Origin: Bryobacteraceae bacterium
GTDB taxonomy: Bacteria > Acidobacteriota > Terriglobia > Bryobacterales > Bryobacteraceae
Direction of reading: 5' to 3'
NCBI GenBank assembly: GCA_039934475.1
Contig: JBDTMC010000001.1
Span: forward strand, 1-58,736
DNA: 58,736 bases
Shown piece by piece: positions 16,638 through 26,755 of the stretch. Below the pieces are notes generated by a model. That model had not been told where the DNA came from. It ran no database searches and was given only the letters and a program-made list of their open reading frames with translations. Every line of letters starts with the position of its first letter. Position 1 is the stretch's first letter. A program made the position numbers and the translations under genes.

Positions 16638-18137
16638 ATGATCGTCCCGGATGGCACTCGCCTCGCTGGCTGGGCTCGGCTTGTGCATGACCTGGGCATC
16701 GCCGCTCCCGTCACACGCCCGACCTGCGTCTCTGAACAGTACGTCAGCGGCAGCCGCCGCGAGGTGGACGGCTGGACCATCCTGGATAAGAGATATTGGC
16801 CCGGCGACACCCTTATCGATCATCTGCTATTTGCCCTGCGGCAGGAAGACATCGATCTGCTCATCCTGAAGCGGACTTTCGATGCTATGCCGAAGGCCGA
16901 TGTGGAGGCAATGGTCCGCGCAGCGCCCACCAGCGTTCCGGTTCGCCGCGCGTGGTATCTCTACGAGTTCCTCACAGAACGAACGCTCGACGTGGCTGAC
17001 GCGCAGCGCATGGCGGCCGTTGACCTTCTCGATTCCGCGGCGTACTTCACCGGCGCGCCGCGTCTATCAAAGCGGCACCGCGTCCGCGATAACCTTCTCG
17101 GCACACGCGCGTTTTGTCCAGTCATCAGACGCACGCAGTCGCTCGAAGATCTCCTCAGTCTCGACCTTGCAGCCAAGGCCCGCGAAACCGCAGGCCGCAC
17201 CGGCGCCCACCTGCTGGCGCGCGCGGCGAGTTTTCTGCTGCTGGCCGATAGCCGGGCCAGCTTCGAAATTGAAGGCGAACGGCCGGCTCGCAATCGCCTG
17301 GAGCGGTGGGGCCGCGCCGTGCTGCAGGCGGGCAGGAACCCGCTGACCCTGAATGAAATCGTTCGCCTGCAAAGCGTCCTGATCGAGGACACGCGCTTTG
17401 TAGCAGTTGGTCTTCGTACCAACGGTGTGTTTTTGGGGGAACGCGATCACACCGGCGATCCCTTACCGGAGTTCATCGGCGCGCGTCCCGCGGATTTGGG
17501 CGATCTGATGAACGGCGTACTGGAAGCAAACAACCGCATGCGCGATGACGGCCTGGACCCGGTGCTGCAGGCGGCCGCGATCGCCTTTGGCTTTGTCTAC
17601 GTCCACCCGTTTGAGGATGGCAACGGGCGGCTGCAGCGGTTCCTTATCCATCATGTCCTGGCCGAACGGAAGTTTACGCCGACAGGCATGGTGTTTCCGG
17701 TTTCGTCCGTCATGCTCGACCGCATTGACGAGTATCGCGCCACGCTGGAAGGTCATTCCGATCCGCTGATGCCCTACATCGAGTGGCGGCCCACGGCGGG
17801 GCATAACGTTGAAGTGCTGAACGATACCTGTGACCTGTATCGCTATTTTGATTGCACGGAGGAAGCGGAGTTCTTGTACCAGTGCGTCAGGCGGACCGTG
17901 GAGGTAGACTTGCCGCGGGAGATTGACTATCTACGCCGTCATGACAAGGCAATGCGACGCGTTATGGACGCGGTGGAGATGCCCGACAGGCTCGCCGAGA
18001 ACCTGATCCTGTTTATACGACAGAACAACGGTAGCCTCTCCAACAGGCGCCGGCAGGGAGAATTCAAGAGCCTGCGGGACGAGGAAGTGACGTTACTCGA
18101 AGGAATTGTCCGCGACGCGTTTGCACGCGACGAGTGA
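16638..18137 (+). CDS. Fic-family protein (AMPylator-type motif) with intramolecular inhibitory motif
   Basis: HPFEDGNGRLQR at 17604-17639 matches HxFx(D/E)GNGRxxR. SFEIEG at 17259-17276 matches (S/T)xxxE(G/N) N-terminal to the core, which is the class II arrangement. Confidence 0.85.
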   Translation: MIVPDGTRLAGWARLVHDLGIAAPVTRPTCVSEQYVSGSRREVDGWTILDKRYWPGDTLIDHLLFALRQEDIDLLILKRTFDAMPKADVEAMVRAAPTSVPVRRAWYLYEFLTERTLDVADAQRMAAVDLLDSAAYFTGAPRLSKRHRVRDNLLGTRAFCPVIRRTQSLEDLLSLDLAAKARETAGRTGAHLLARAASFLLLADSRASFEIEGERPARNRLERWGRAVLQAGRNPLTLNEIVRLQSVLIEDTRFVAVGLRTNGVFLGERDHTGDPLPEFIGARPADLGDLMNGVLEANNRMRDDGLDPVLQAAAIAFGFVYVHPFEDGNGRLQRFLIHHVLAERKFTPTGMVFPVSSVMLDRIDEYRATLEGHSDPLMPYIEWRPTAGHNVEVLNDTCDLYRYFDCTEEAEFLYQCVRRTVEVDLPREIDYLRRHDKAMRRVMDAVEMPDRLAENLILFIRQNNGSLSNRRRQGEFKSLRDEEVTLLEGIVRDAFARDE

Positions 18138-18141
18138 ACAA

Positions 18142-18247
18142 TGCCTTGCGCCGGAAAAATTAGGACAGGTACGAATTCCCTCCCTTGGGAACTCCCGTAG
18201 TTACAGTAGCTTACGGGGGTCGGGAAATCATACCAGTCCCATTTTTC
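18142..18247. repeat. direct repeat R3, copy b
   Basis: See copy a. It lies between the Fic stop (18137) and the aldolase stop (18264). Confidence 0.85.
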
Positions 18248-18263
18248 CATACGGACCGGCGGC

Positions 18264-19577
18264 TTAGCCCTTGCCGAAGAAAGCCTTCTCCAATTCGCGG
18301 ATCTTCTCCTGATCCATTGGCTCCAAGGGCCCTATGGCTTTGCAGTTGATGATGGCTTCGGCGGTGGATTCCAGGACTTCAAGACGGTCGAAGGCTTCGA
18401 GGATGTTCCCGCCTATCACCAGCACACCATCGTTCTGCAGCAGCGCTGCCGGTTGCTCCGGCGAGACGTAACGCGAGAGCGCCGCGGCGTCGTCGAACTG
18501 AGGTCCGTAGGGCATCAGCGAGGGATGCCTCACCACGATGTAGCTCTCAGGTATAGTACGGGTGTCCAACTCGGCGCCGGTTACTGAGAACGCCGTCGCA
18601 TTCACCGGATAGGCGTTGATTACCGCGCCGATCTTTGCATATTTGCGGTAAATCTCATGGTGACTGTGGGCGGCGCGGCTGGGGGTCTTGCCGGCTTCGG
18701 CCTTTCCGTCGCGCACCAGAACCAGTTCGTGACCTTCCAGCGTGGCACGGTCGCAGTGATAGGGGGTCACGAGGAAACTGCCATCGTCCAGGCGCGCCGA
18801 GAAGCTGCCTTGCGTACTGATAAACAGGCGCTGACGGTAAGCGCGCCGGATGAACTCAGCCAGACTGCGGCGCAGTTCCCGCTCTTCGCTACTGGCCGGA
18901 CCATGGTCGAAAGACTCCAGGTCATTCAGCCGGCGGCGCGGCCATGAGATCTCTTCATCGTTCAGGTAGCGCACGTCACCAAGCAGCCGCCCCTTGATGA
19001 TTGTCTTGCCCGTGAATTCCAGCGTTTCGAAGCGCCGGAAGGCGTGGGCGAAGCTATCGGCGGCACAGACGACTCCGTGGTTTTCCAGAATCACGCAGTT
19101 GTAGCCTTGTTCAAACGTGCCCGCTACGCTGTCGCCCAGCGCCTGGCTGCCGGGGAGTTCGTAAGGCGCGAATCCAGCGCGACCACAAACGTTCCACGCC
19201 TGGTGAAACAGCCGCGTGTCAGGCACCTGGTGCGCCAGGCTGAAGGCGACCAGCGCCACCGGATGGGCGTGAACAATGCCGCGCAGATCGGGACGGCGGC
19301 GGTAGATCTCGAGATGGAATGGAAGCTCGGATGAGGGCTGCCGTACTCCACAAACAACGCCATCGGCTTGCACGCAGACAATGTCGTCTCTGGTGAGGCC
19401 GCCCTTGTCAACGCGCGCCGGCGTGATCCACACGTTTCCGTTGGACTCGCGGAGCGACAAATTGCCGCCCGAGGTGGTGGTCATGCGATAGCTGTAGATT
19501 CGCTCCATGGCGCGCAGCAGTTCGTCGCGTGGATGCAGGTAGGCTTCCCGTGTTTGCACAGTGGTCCATTGTCTCAA
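18264..19577 (-). CDS. class II aldolase/adducin-family protein (duplicated domain)
   Basis: 437 aa with two aldolase-II-like halves (..TTTSGGNLSLRE.. and ..STQGSFSARLDDG..). The TTG start at 19577 is uncertain; an ATG lies 25 codons downstream. Confidence 0.75.
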   Translation of the reverse strand: MRQWTTVQTREAYLHPRDELLRAMERIYSYRMTTTSGGNLSLRESNGNVWITPARVDKGGLTRDDIVCVQADGVVCGVRQPSSELPFHLEIYRRRPDLRGIVHAHPVALVAFSLAHQVPDTRLFHQAWNVCGRAGFAPYELPGSQALGDSVAGTFEQGYNCVILENHGVVCAADSFAHAFRRFETLEFTGKTIIKGRLLGDVRYLNDEEISWPRRRLNDLESFDHGPASSEERELRRSLAEFIRRAYRQRLFISTQGSFSARLDDGSFLVTPYHCDRATLEGHELVLVRDGKAEAGKTPSRAAHSHHEIYRKYAKIGAVINAYPVNATAFSVTGAELDTRTIPESYIVVRHPSLMPYGPQFDDAAALSRYVSPEQPAALLQNDGVLVIGGNILEAFDRLEVLESTAEAIINCKAIGPLEPMDQEKIRELEKAFFGKG

Positions 19578-19656
19578 GAAAAGAAGCTTCGCTTTCGCTC
19601 GAACATTTCCCGGCCAAAATCGTCTATCCTGTAGACGATCTAGGGGAGGCTTGCCT

Positions 19657-20217
19657 GTGTTCAGATTTCTGTTTGTTTTAGCCGTCGCGCTGGGCGTGTC
19701 GGCGCAGACTGCATCGGATGGTCCCGTGTTTGCGGCATCGGGGAAATTACAGCTACCGTCGAATTATCGGGAGTGGGTCTATCTCAGCTCCGGTCTCGGG
19801 ATGACTTATGGTCCCGCCGCCCAGGCGGACCAGGGACACCCGATGTTCGACAACGTGTTCGTGAACCCCTCCTCGTACCGGGCTTTTCTTAAGACTGGTC
19901 ATTGGCCCGACAAGACAATGTTCATCCTGGAGGTGCGCGCGGCGACGGGAAAAGGCTCCATCAACAACGGAGGCCACTATCAGGCGGGCGTGATGGCCGT
20001 GGAAGCCGCGGTGAAAGACGAGGCTCGGTTTCCCCAGAAATGGGCCTACTTCGGGTTTGAGCACGGCGTTGAGGCGACGGCGCTTCCGGCGACTTCGGGA
20101 TGCAACACCTGCCACGTGAACAATGCGGCTGTAGAAAACACCTTTGTGCAGTTTTATCCCACCTTACTGGAAGTAGCCCGCAACAAGAAGACGCTGAACC
20201 CTTCTTTCAAGGAGTGA
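19657..20217 (+). CDS. cytochrome P460-family protein
   Basis: NYREWVYLSSG...HPMFDNVFVNP...WPDKTMFILE...KDEARFPQKWAYFGF...CNTCHVNNAAVENTFVQFYP. The likely GTG start at 19657 is preceded by GGGGAGG and followed by a signal-like VFRFLFVLAVALGVSAQ. Confidence 0.75.
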   Translation: MFRFLFVLAVALGVSAQTASDGPVFAASGKLQLPSNYREWVYLSSGLGMTYGPAAQADQGHPMFDNVFVNPSSYRAFLKTGHWPDKTMFILEVRAATGKGSINNGGHYQAGVMAVEAAVKDEARFPQKWAYFGFEHGVEATALPATSGCNTCHVNNAAVENTFVQFYPTLLEVARNKKTLNPSFKE

Positions 20218-20225
20218 GTGGCCAC

Positions 20226-21617
20226 TTACTCTAAGTTGAACGCAACATAACTCAGTGTGCTGTCCCGCTCCACGTACAGCGCCACGGCCTCCCCGGGCTT
20301 CATCGGCTCGATGCCTGCTCGCAATTCCTCCAACGTGCTTACCGCTTTGCCGTTGAGCGAGTAAATGACATCGCCGCTCTGGAGCCCCGGGTTGAAGCCG
20401 GCAAACTCCGCTGGAATCGCAGCCACGACAACGCCCCGCAACTTCCGCAGATTGGGAAGCACGGCGTTCACTTTCTCATCCAAGGTCACCGCCAGAATGC
20501 CCAGCCGGCGGATGAGATGACCTTCCTCATTCACCAGATCCGCCAGACTCGCCGGGCTGCGCGGTTTCTCCAGCACGGTTACTTTCTTCTGCAGACGCTC
20601 CTCGCCACGCAGTAGATCCAACGACATCAACTGGCCCGGAGCATGCTGAAAAACGGCTGCCATCAGTTGGCGGCCCTCCTCGAGAGGACGTCCGTCGATT
20701 GCTTCCACGATGTCTCCCGCCTCCAGTCCTGCGGCCGCAGCCGGACTCTCCGGTAAGACGTCGGAGATCAAAACACCGGACTGCCGTTTGAGCGACAGCG
20801 CCTTGGCCAGTTCCGGCGTGATCTCCTGCGAAATAACCCCAATCACACCGCGATGCACATGTCCTTCCTCGCGAAGCTGCTTGTAGACCATTTGCACCAG
20901 GTTGCTGGGTATGGCAAACCCGATTCCTTCACTGCCGCCGGACTGCGACAGAATCAAGGTATTGAGTCCGACAATGCGGCCTTCGATATCCAGGAGCGGT
21001 CCACCGCTATTGCCCGGATTGATCGGCGCATCGGTCTGGATATAGGTATTCGGACGGTCAGGACGCAACTGCCGGCTGATTGCGCTGACGTAGCCAACAG
21101 TAAGGGTGTTGTCCAGTCCTAGTGGACTGCCCATGGCGACAACCACTTGCCCTTGCCGCAGCTTATTGGAATCGACAAAGGGTAAGACCGGCAACGCAGC
21201 GCCGTCGATCTTCACCACCGCCAAGTCCGTCTCACGGTCGAAGCCGACCAACTTGCCGGCGTAGTGACGATGCTCCACCTTGCCGCCCGCCTCGGCAGGC
21301 GACATGACGCTGACATCGATGTGCCGCGCTCCCGCCACAACGTGGGCATTGGTCACGATGTACCCGGAGGCATCGACTATCGCGCCGGAGCCCGTGCCGC
21401 GCTGTTCGGCAACAAAGCCAGCCTGCTTCCCTTCCGCGGAGTCTATCGGCGCACGCGAGCGGACCTCAATCGAGACAACGGCGGGACCAACGCTATGCGC
21501 CAGTTCCTCAATCGCCGCGCTGAATTCCCCCAGGACTCGTGACGCATGGCCTTGCTGAGCCAGAGCAGGCGCCGACGCTAACACCAGCAAAGCAAGGGTA
21601 TGGTAACTCTTCCGCAT
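20226..21617 (-). CDS. HtrA/DegQ-family periplasmic serine protease with two PDZ domains
   Basis: Signal peptide, catalytic GNSGGPLLD motif, and two PDZ-like C-terminal segments. Confidence 0.9.
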   Translation of the reverse strand: MRKSYHTLALLVLASAPALAQQGHASRVLGEFSAAIEELAHSVGPAVVSIEVRSRAPIDSAEGKQAGFVAEQRGTGSGAIVDASGYIVTNAHVVAGARHIDVSVMSPAEAGGKVEHRHYAGKLVGFDRETDLAVVKIDGAALPVLPFVDSNKLRQGQVVVAMGSPLGLDNTLTVGYVSAISRQLRPDRPNTYIQTDAPINPGNSGGPLLDIEGRIVGLNTLILSQSGGSEGIGFAIPSNLVQMVYKQLREEGHVHRGVIGVISQEITPELAKALSLKRQSGVLISDVLPESPAAAAGLEAGDIVEAIDGRPLEEGRQLMAAVFQHAPGQLMSLDLLRGEERLQKKVTVLEKPRSPASLADLVNEEGHLIRRLGILAVTLDEKVNAVLPNLRKLRGVVVAAIPAEFAGFNPGLQSGDVIYSLNGKAVSTLEELRAGIEPMKPGEAVALYVERDSTLSYVAFNLE

Positions 21618-21730
21618 AATTCCAGGATAGAGGCAAAGGCGAATGCCCCGTGTGAAGATTTGTAGGGCTACAGAGCTACCCGAAACGGAGGGACAACTAC
21701 TCGCGAGAGTTTTAATCGGGGGCGTACGCT

Positions 21731-22858
21731 CTAAGGCTGCGGACTATCGGCCGGAAGGGTGAAAAAGAAGATTGTTCCCTCTCCTGGCTGCGATTCTGCC
21801 CAAATGCGGCCTCGTTGGGCTTGTACGATACGCCGGCAAATGGCCAGCCCAACGCCCGTCCCGGGATATTCCTCGGTGGTATGCAAACGTTTGAACGGTT
21901 CAAAAATCGTCAGTGCGTACTTCGGATCGAAGCCGACTCCGTTGTCGCGAATCGAGATGACCCATTCGGCGCCCTTTTGTTCGGCCGCAACGTGAACCTT
22001 GGGAGCCTGATCTGGCTTTCGATACTTGACCGCATTTCCAATCAGGTTCTGAAACAGCCGAACCATCTGACCGCGATCCACCTGCAGAGTGGGCAGAGGA
22101 TCGTGGGTTACGGCCGCGCCACTTTCTGAAATCGCCTGATCGAGGTGAGTTAGCGCGGCTTCTAAATCCTCGTCCAGAGCGATGGAAAGGGGCCGCTCTT
22201 CTTCGGTTGTCAGGCGCGCATAGGCGAGCAGATCCTTCACTAGAGCATTCATACGTACGGCCGCGCTTGAAATAAAATTGAGAAACCGATCCGCCTCGGC
22301 ATCCAGCGCGCCTAGATATTTCTTGGAGAGCAGCTCAGCGAAGGTGCTCATGGTGCGAAGCGGCTCCTGCAGATCGTGGCTTGCTACATACGCAAATTGC
22401 TCCAGAGCCGAGTTGGATTCAGTGAGCGAGTCCTGCAACTGCTTGCGCGCCGTTTCGTCGCTCAGGATCTTTGCATATCCCATGAACGCACCCTGCTCAT
22501 TATGAAGCGCATTCATGAAACCATTCGCGAAAAATTCGGTGCCGTTCTTGTGCCGGTGCCATCGAATGTCCGTTGCGCTGCCGCTCTCACGCGCGAGCCT
22601 CATCTCTGACTCGCAAATTTCGGCAGCCTTCTCCGCGGGAGTAAAGATGATGGAGGCATGCTGGCCGATCCATTCCTGTTCCGAGTATCCGATGAGCTGT
22701 TCTACGCCCGAGTTCCAGGAGATTAGAATGCCCTCAGGATCGATAATAAACATCGCATAGCCGCGCAGTTCTCGTACCTGGAGACGATAGAGATCGGCGG
22801 CTTGGCGTTCGGTTAAAGGAAGCGGTTTAGCGGGAAGGGGTTGACTCATCTCAGGCAT
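21731..22858 (-). CDS. PAS-domain sensor histidine kinase
   Basis: PAS-like N-terminus, H-box FAYVASHDLQEPLRT, and an HATPase_c segment with the G-box (GTGVGLAICRRIV). Confidence 0.9.
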   Translation of the reverse strand: MPEMSQPLPAKPLPLTERQAADLYRLQVRELRGYAMFIIDPEGILISWNSGVEQLIGYSEQEWIGQHASIIFTPAEKAAEICESEMRLARESGSATDIRWHRHKNGTEFFANGFMNALHNEQGAFMGYAKILSDETARKQLQDSLTESNSALEQFAYVASHDLQEPLRTMSTFAELLSKKYLGALDAEADRFLNFISSAAVRMNALVKDLLAYARLTTEEERPLSIALDEDLEAALTHLDQAISESGAAVTHDPLPTLQVDRGQMVRLFQNLIGNAVKYRKPDQAPKVHVAAEQKGAEWVISIRDNGVGFDPKYALTIFEPFKRLHTTEEYPGTGVGLAICRRIVQAQRGRIWAESQPGEGTIFFFTLPADSPQP

Positions 22859-22958
22859 CCTTTCCCCAGAGAGCTACGTGAAGAGCGAATGGTGGGGTAG
22901 AGGAGATTTGAACACCATCCGCGATTGTACCGCAATCGAGAAGTGACCCAACCAAAAA

Positions 22959-24083
22959 CTAAGCGGGGCTGAAATCCCCCAGGACCACAGGGCGGTGCGC
23001 CCCGGTGGCCGAGGGTAGATTCGACGGACGGCCGTGCCGCGTTTCGTACGCCAGAACCGCAAACGCGATCGCCTCTTTGGCATCGACGCTAATCCCTAAT
23101 TCGGCCGTCGTCATGACGGCGACACCGGGCAGCAGCGCCTTAATGCCGTTCATCAGCACCGGGTTGTGAGCCCCGCCTCCGGCCACAATCAGGTCATCTA
23201 CCTTCCATGGCACATGGCGGCGAATCCCTACTGCGACCGTCTCCGCGGTGAAGGCCGTTGCCGTCGCTATCGCATCCAGCGGCGCCAGCGCGGAAAAGTG
23301 ATTCAGAAAGGCCTCGCCGTATTCTTCTCGTCCGGCGGTCTTTGGCGGCTGGGCCCGGTAGAACGCCGCCCGCAGCAGCGGCTGCACAAGACTACGATCC
23401 ACAGTGCCTCGGGCCGCTAACCTTCCTCCGCGATCGAACATCTTGCCCGTGTGCCTCTGCACCAAAGCATCGATGACCATGTTGCCCGGCCCGGTGTCGA
23501 AGGCGATCACCTGGTCCGGCGAGGCACCCGGAGCGATGGCCGTAAGATTTCCGATGCCGCCAAGGTTCAACGCCACACGGCCGCGCCTGGCATGGCGGAA
23601 GAGCAGATAGTCCACATACGGAACCAACGGCGCACCCTTACCGCCCGCGGCCATATCGCGCACACGGAAGTTGGAAATCACGGGCACACCAGTGCGCTCC
23701 GCGACTACGCCGCCCTCTCCCAGTTGCAGCGTGCTGGCCACACGGCGGCCGAGGTATTGTCTTCCCTGCCCTTCATGAAACACCGTCTGGCCGTGGCAAC
23801 CGATCAATGCCACATCGGCTATCGCAACACCGTGCTTACGGCACGCGTCAGTTATGGCCTCAGCATATAACTCACCGAGGAGGAACCCCAGCCGCGCAAT
23901 CTCGCCCGTATGCGCCTCGCGGTTTGAAACACCCAAAATCGCCTCGCGGACCCGCTTCGGATACGGCGTTGTAGACGTCGCGACCGTCGCTATCTTCTTC
24001 GACCATCCGCGCCCTGTGATGTCGACGATGGCGACATCGATACCATCGAGCGATGTGCCGCTCATCACGCCCGCTACTCTCAT
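22959..24083 (-). CDS. anmK: anhydro-N-acetylmuramic acid kinase
   Basis: MRVAGVMSGTSLDGIDVAIVDI is the AnmK N-terminal signature, and the length is right. The start overlaps the mutS stop by 4 nt. Confidence 0.9.
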   Translation of the reverse strand: MRVAGVMSGTSLDGIDVAIVDITGRGWSKKIATVATSTTPYPKRVREAILGVSNREAHTGEIARLGFLLGELYAEAITDACRKHGVAIADVALIGCHGQTVFHEGQGRQYLGRRVASTLQLGEGGVVAERTGVPVISNFRVRDMAAGGKGAPLVPYVDYLLFRHARRGRVALNLGGIGNLTAIAPGASPDQVIAFDTGPGNMVIDALVQRHTGKMFDRGGRLAARGTVDRSLVQPLLRAAFYRAQPPKTAGREEYGEAFLNHFSALAPLDAIATATAFTAETVAVGIRRHVPWKVDDLIVAGGGAHNPVLMNGIKALLPGVAVMTTAELGISVDAKEAIAFAVLAYETRHGRPSNLPSATGAHRPVVLGDFSPA

Positions 24084-26692
24084 TGCCGGCGCAGCTCCTT
24101 TTGCAGGTCCGCCAGTAACTGCAGTGCTTCGATCGGCCGCAGTTCATCCACGTTCAGTGCGCGGATCCGTTCGGCAATCTGATAACCGACCGGCTCGAAT
24201 AATTGGATCTGCAGCGGCGCCTGCTCCCGAGTCCTGGTCCGCGGCGCCAACTCCTCCGTCACCTCGTGTTCGCTCTTTTCATGGCGGATCAGAATCTCCC
24301 GCGCGCGTTCGATGACAGACATGGGGAGCGCGGCCAAACGCGCCACTTCAATGCCATACGATTTGTCAGCCGAACCGGGCTCCACTTTGCGCAGGAAGAT
24401 GATCTGGTCGCCTGCCTCTTTCACCGAAACGTGCAGGTTACGCACACCCTCCAGCAACTGTTCCAACTCAGTGAGTTCATGGTAGTGCGTGGCGAACAAC
24501 GTCTTCGCGCGGATGTGACGGTGGATGTGCTCCACCACAGCCCATGCCAATGCCAGCCCGTCGTAGGTTGCGGTTCCGCGGCCAATCTCGTCCAGAACGA
24601 TTAGGCTGCGCTCCGTGGCGGTGTTCAAGATCAAGGCCGTTTCCGTCATCTCCACCATGAACGTGGAGCGCCCGCGCGCCAGGTTGTCAGAGGCCCCAAT
24701 CCGGGTAAACACACGATCCACAAGAGGCAGCACAGCTTCATCGGCGGGCACGAAGCAGCCGATCTGTGCCATCACCGTGATCAAAGCCGCCTGTCTCAGA
24801 TAAGTTGACTTACCACCCATGTTAGGTCCGGTGATCACGGCTACAAACTGGCTGCTCTGATCCAAATACAAATCGTTGGGAATGAATCGTCCGGCATCCC
24901 TTTCGGCCAGCCTTTCAATCACTGGATGGCGCCCAGCCGCAATCTTCATCTCACCCGTCTCAGAGAAGCGCGGCCGGGTGTAACGTCGTTCCGCGGCCAG
25001 TTGCGCCAGCGCGGCCGTCACGTCCAGTTCCGCTACCGCCGCGGCTGCACTGCGAATGCGCGCCGCGTGCGCCGCCGCAAACGCACGGACTTCGCCGAAG
25101 ATCTCTTTCTCGATAGCGAGTATCTTCTCCTCCGCCTCCAGGATCTTGGTCTCAAGAACCTTCAATTCAGGCGTGGTGAAGCGCTCGGCGTTTACCAGCG
25201 TCTGCTTGCGCTCATAGTCACCCGGCGCCAGGTGCATGTTCGCCTTTGAGATCTCGATGTAATAACCGAAGACGTTGTTGAAGCGAACCTTCAACGATTG
25301 GATACCGGTTCGCCCGCGCTCGCGCGATTCAATCTGCGCGATGTACTGCTTGCTGTTGCGGCTGATGTCGCGTAGTTCGTCCAGCTCCGGATGGAGGCCA
25401 TCGCGAATCGTCCCGCCGTCGGCGAGGTTCAACGGCGGCTCGTCGGAGATTGTCTCAAGTATCTTTCGATGCACTTCCGGCACATCGTCCAGCGCCACAA
25501 CTAACTCTGCCAGGCGCGCCGCCGCGCATCGCCCGATAGCCTCACGCACGCCGGGAACCCGCGCTAATGACCGCCCCAGCGCCACCAACTCCCGTGGCCC
25601 CGCGCTGCCCAGGGTCGCTTTCGCCAGCAAGCGCTCCAGATCCAGCACCTGCTCCAGCATCTTGCGCACACTGGCGCGCAGGATGGTCTCTTTCAACAAC
25701 TCCTCCACCGCATCCAGGCGCGCCTCAATCTCCGCTCGCTCCAGTGACGGGCGTACCAGGCGCCGCCGCAGAAGGCGTCCTCCCATGCCGGTTACGGTGA
25801 CATCCAGCAGCGCCAACAGTGTCGATTCCCTGCCCCCGCCCAAGTCCGCCGAAAACAGAGGCTCTACCAATTCCAGGTTCCGAACGGTCACCGCGTCCAA
25901 CACCATCGAATCGCCGCGATCGTAGAACGCTGGCCGTTCCACGTGATCTAAAGCCGCACGCTGCGTATCGCGCAGGTAATGGAGAATCGCGCCCGCCGCG
26001 CACACAGCGAGGCGCTTGTCCCCTAACCCGCATCCATCCAGACTTAGCAGCTTGAAGTGTTCGCGCAGCAAGCGGTCCGCATAGTCGTGCGTGAACACCC
26101 AGCCTTCCAGTTCGGTCCTACAGCGCCCGCTGGAGCCTTGCTCAAACAGCGCCGGAGCCTCCGCCGCAGTCAGCACTTCCCGAGCGTTGAGGTTGTCGAG
26201 CGCCGCACTGACTTCGGCCGCTTCCAATTCCGTGACGCGAAACTCGCCCGTTGAGACATCCACGTGCGCCAATCCAGCCCGTAGGCCGTCGCGCGCCACC
26301 GCCGCCAGGTAATTGTTCTCATGCGACCGCAGCAGGCTCGCCTCAGTGGCAGTGCCAGGAGTGACAATCCGCGTCACGTCGCGCTTCACCAGTTTCTTGG
26401 CGAGTTTGGCGTCCTCCATCTGGTCGCAGATGGCCACGCGGTAGCCCTTCTGGATCAGGCGCCCGATGTAGCCTTCCGCCGCATGGTAAGGCACGCCGCA
26501 CATCGGCACGCCCTGGCCCTTGTCTTTACTCCGCGAGGTCAGCGTAATCTCAAGTTCGCGGGCCGCGGTCACCGCATCTTCGTAGAACAACTCGTAGAAG
26601 TCGCCGAGACGGAAAAACAACAGCGCATTGGGGACCTGCTGCTTGATGGCGTGATACTGCCGCATCAGCGGCGTGGAGGCGTCTGAACTCAT
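24080..26692 (-). CDS. mutS: DNA mismatch repair protein MutS
   Basis: TPLMRQYHAIKQQ..ALLFFRLGDFYELFYEDA, Walker A GPNMGGKST and ..STFMVEM.. motifs. 870 aa. Confidence 0.97.
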   Translation of the reverse strand: MSSDASTPLMRQYHAIKQQVPNALLFFRLGDFYELFYEDAVTAARELEITLTSRSKDKGQGVPMCGVPYHAAEGYIGRLIQKGYRVAICDQMEDAKLAKKLVKRDVTRIVTPGTATEASLLRSHENNYLAAVARDGLRAGLAHVDVSTGEFRVTELEAAEVSAALDNLNAREVLTAAEAPALFEQGSSGRCRTELEGWVFTHDYADRLLREHFKLLSLDGCGLGDKRLAVCAAGAILHYLRDTQRAALDHVERPAFYDRGDSMVLDAVTVRNLELVEPLFSADLGGGRESTLLALLDVTVTGMGGRLLRRRLVRPSLERAEIEARLDAVEELLKETILRASVRKMLEQVLDLERLLAKATLGSAGPRELVALGRSLARVPGVREAIGRCAAARLAELVVALDDVPEVHRKILETISDEPPLNLADGGTIRDGLHPELDELRDISRNSKQYIAQIESRERGRTGIQSLKVRFNNVFGYYIEISKANMHLAPGDYERKQTLVNAERFTTPELKVLETKILEAEEKILAIEKEIFGEVRAFAAAHAARIRSAAAAVAELDVTAALAQLAAERRYTRPRFSETGEMKIAAGRHPVIERLAERDAGRFIPNDLYLDQSSQFVAVITGPNMGGKSTYLRQAALITVMAQIGCFVPADEAVLPLVDRVFTRIGASDNLARGRSTFMVEMTETALILNTATERSLIVLDEIGRGTATYDGLALAWAVVEHIHRHIRAKTLFATHYHELTELEQLLEGVRNLHVSVKEAGDQIIFLRKVEPGSADKSYGIEVARLAALPMSVIERAREILIRHEKSEHEVTEELAPRTRTREQAPLQIQLFEPVGYQIAERIRALNVDELRPIEALQLLADLQKELRRQ

Positions 26693-26693
26693 C

Positions 26694-26728
26694 GCAAAAG
26701 AAAAAGGCGGGCCACTCGGCGGCCCGCC
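26694..26728 (-). terminator. rho-independent terminator after the glutamate dehydrogenase gene
   Basis: Minus strand: GGCGGGCC-7 nt loop-GGCCCGCC (26706-26728) followed by TTTTTCTTTTG (26694-26705). It ends 1 nt before the mutS ATG. Confidence 0.7.
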
Positions 26729-26755
26729 CTCTCATGATACGTCGAATGTCCCGGT

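Noticed and set aside
22890-22964. tRNA-like sequence on the minus strand ending in CCA. It has a TTCAAAT T-loop, a perfect 5-bp anticodon-type stem CGATT/AATCG and a GCGGTAC loop (would be GGT, Thr).
   Set aside because: The acceptor stem does not pair (only 1-2 of 7 pairs). The T-stem pairs at only 3 of 5 positions, position 33 is C not U, and the 5' part overlaps the anmK stop codon. It is not a functional tRNA. It could at most be a decayed 3'-half tRNA relic (old att site), which I cannot support without a tRNA scan.
26692-26728. The gdh terminator T-tract ends 1 nt before the mutS start codon, which could hint at attenuation-type control of mutS.
   Set aside because: No alternative structure or leader is visible. 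The simpler explanations are a mis-set mutS start or read-through and internal promoter use.
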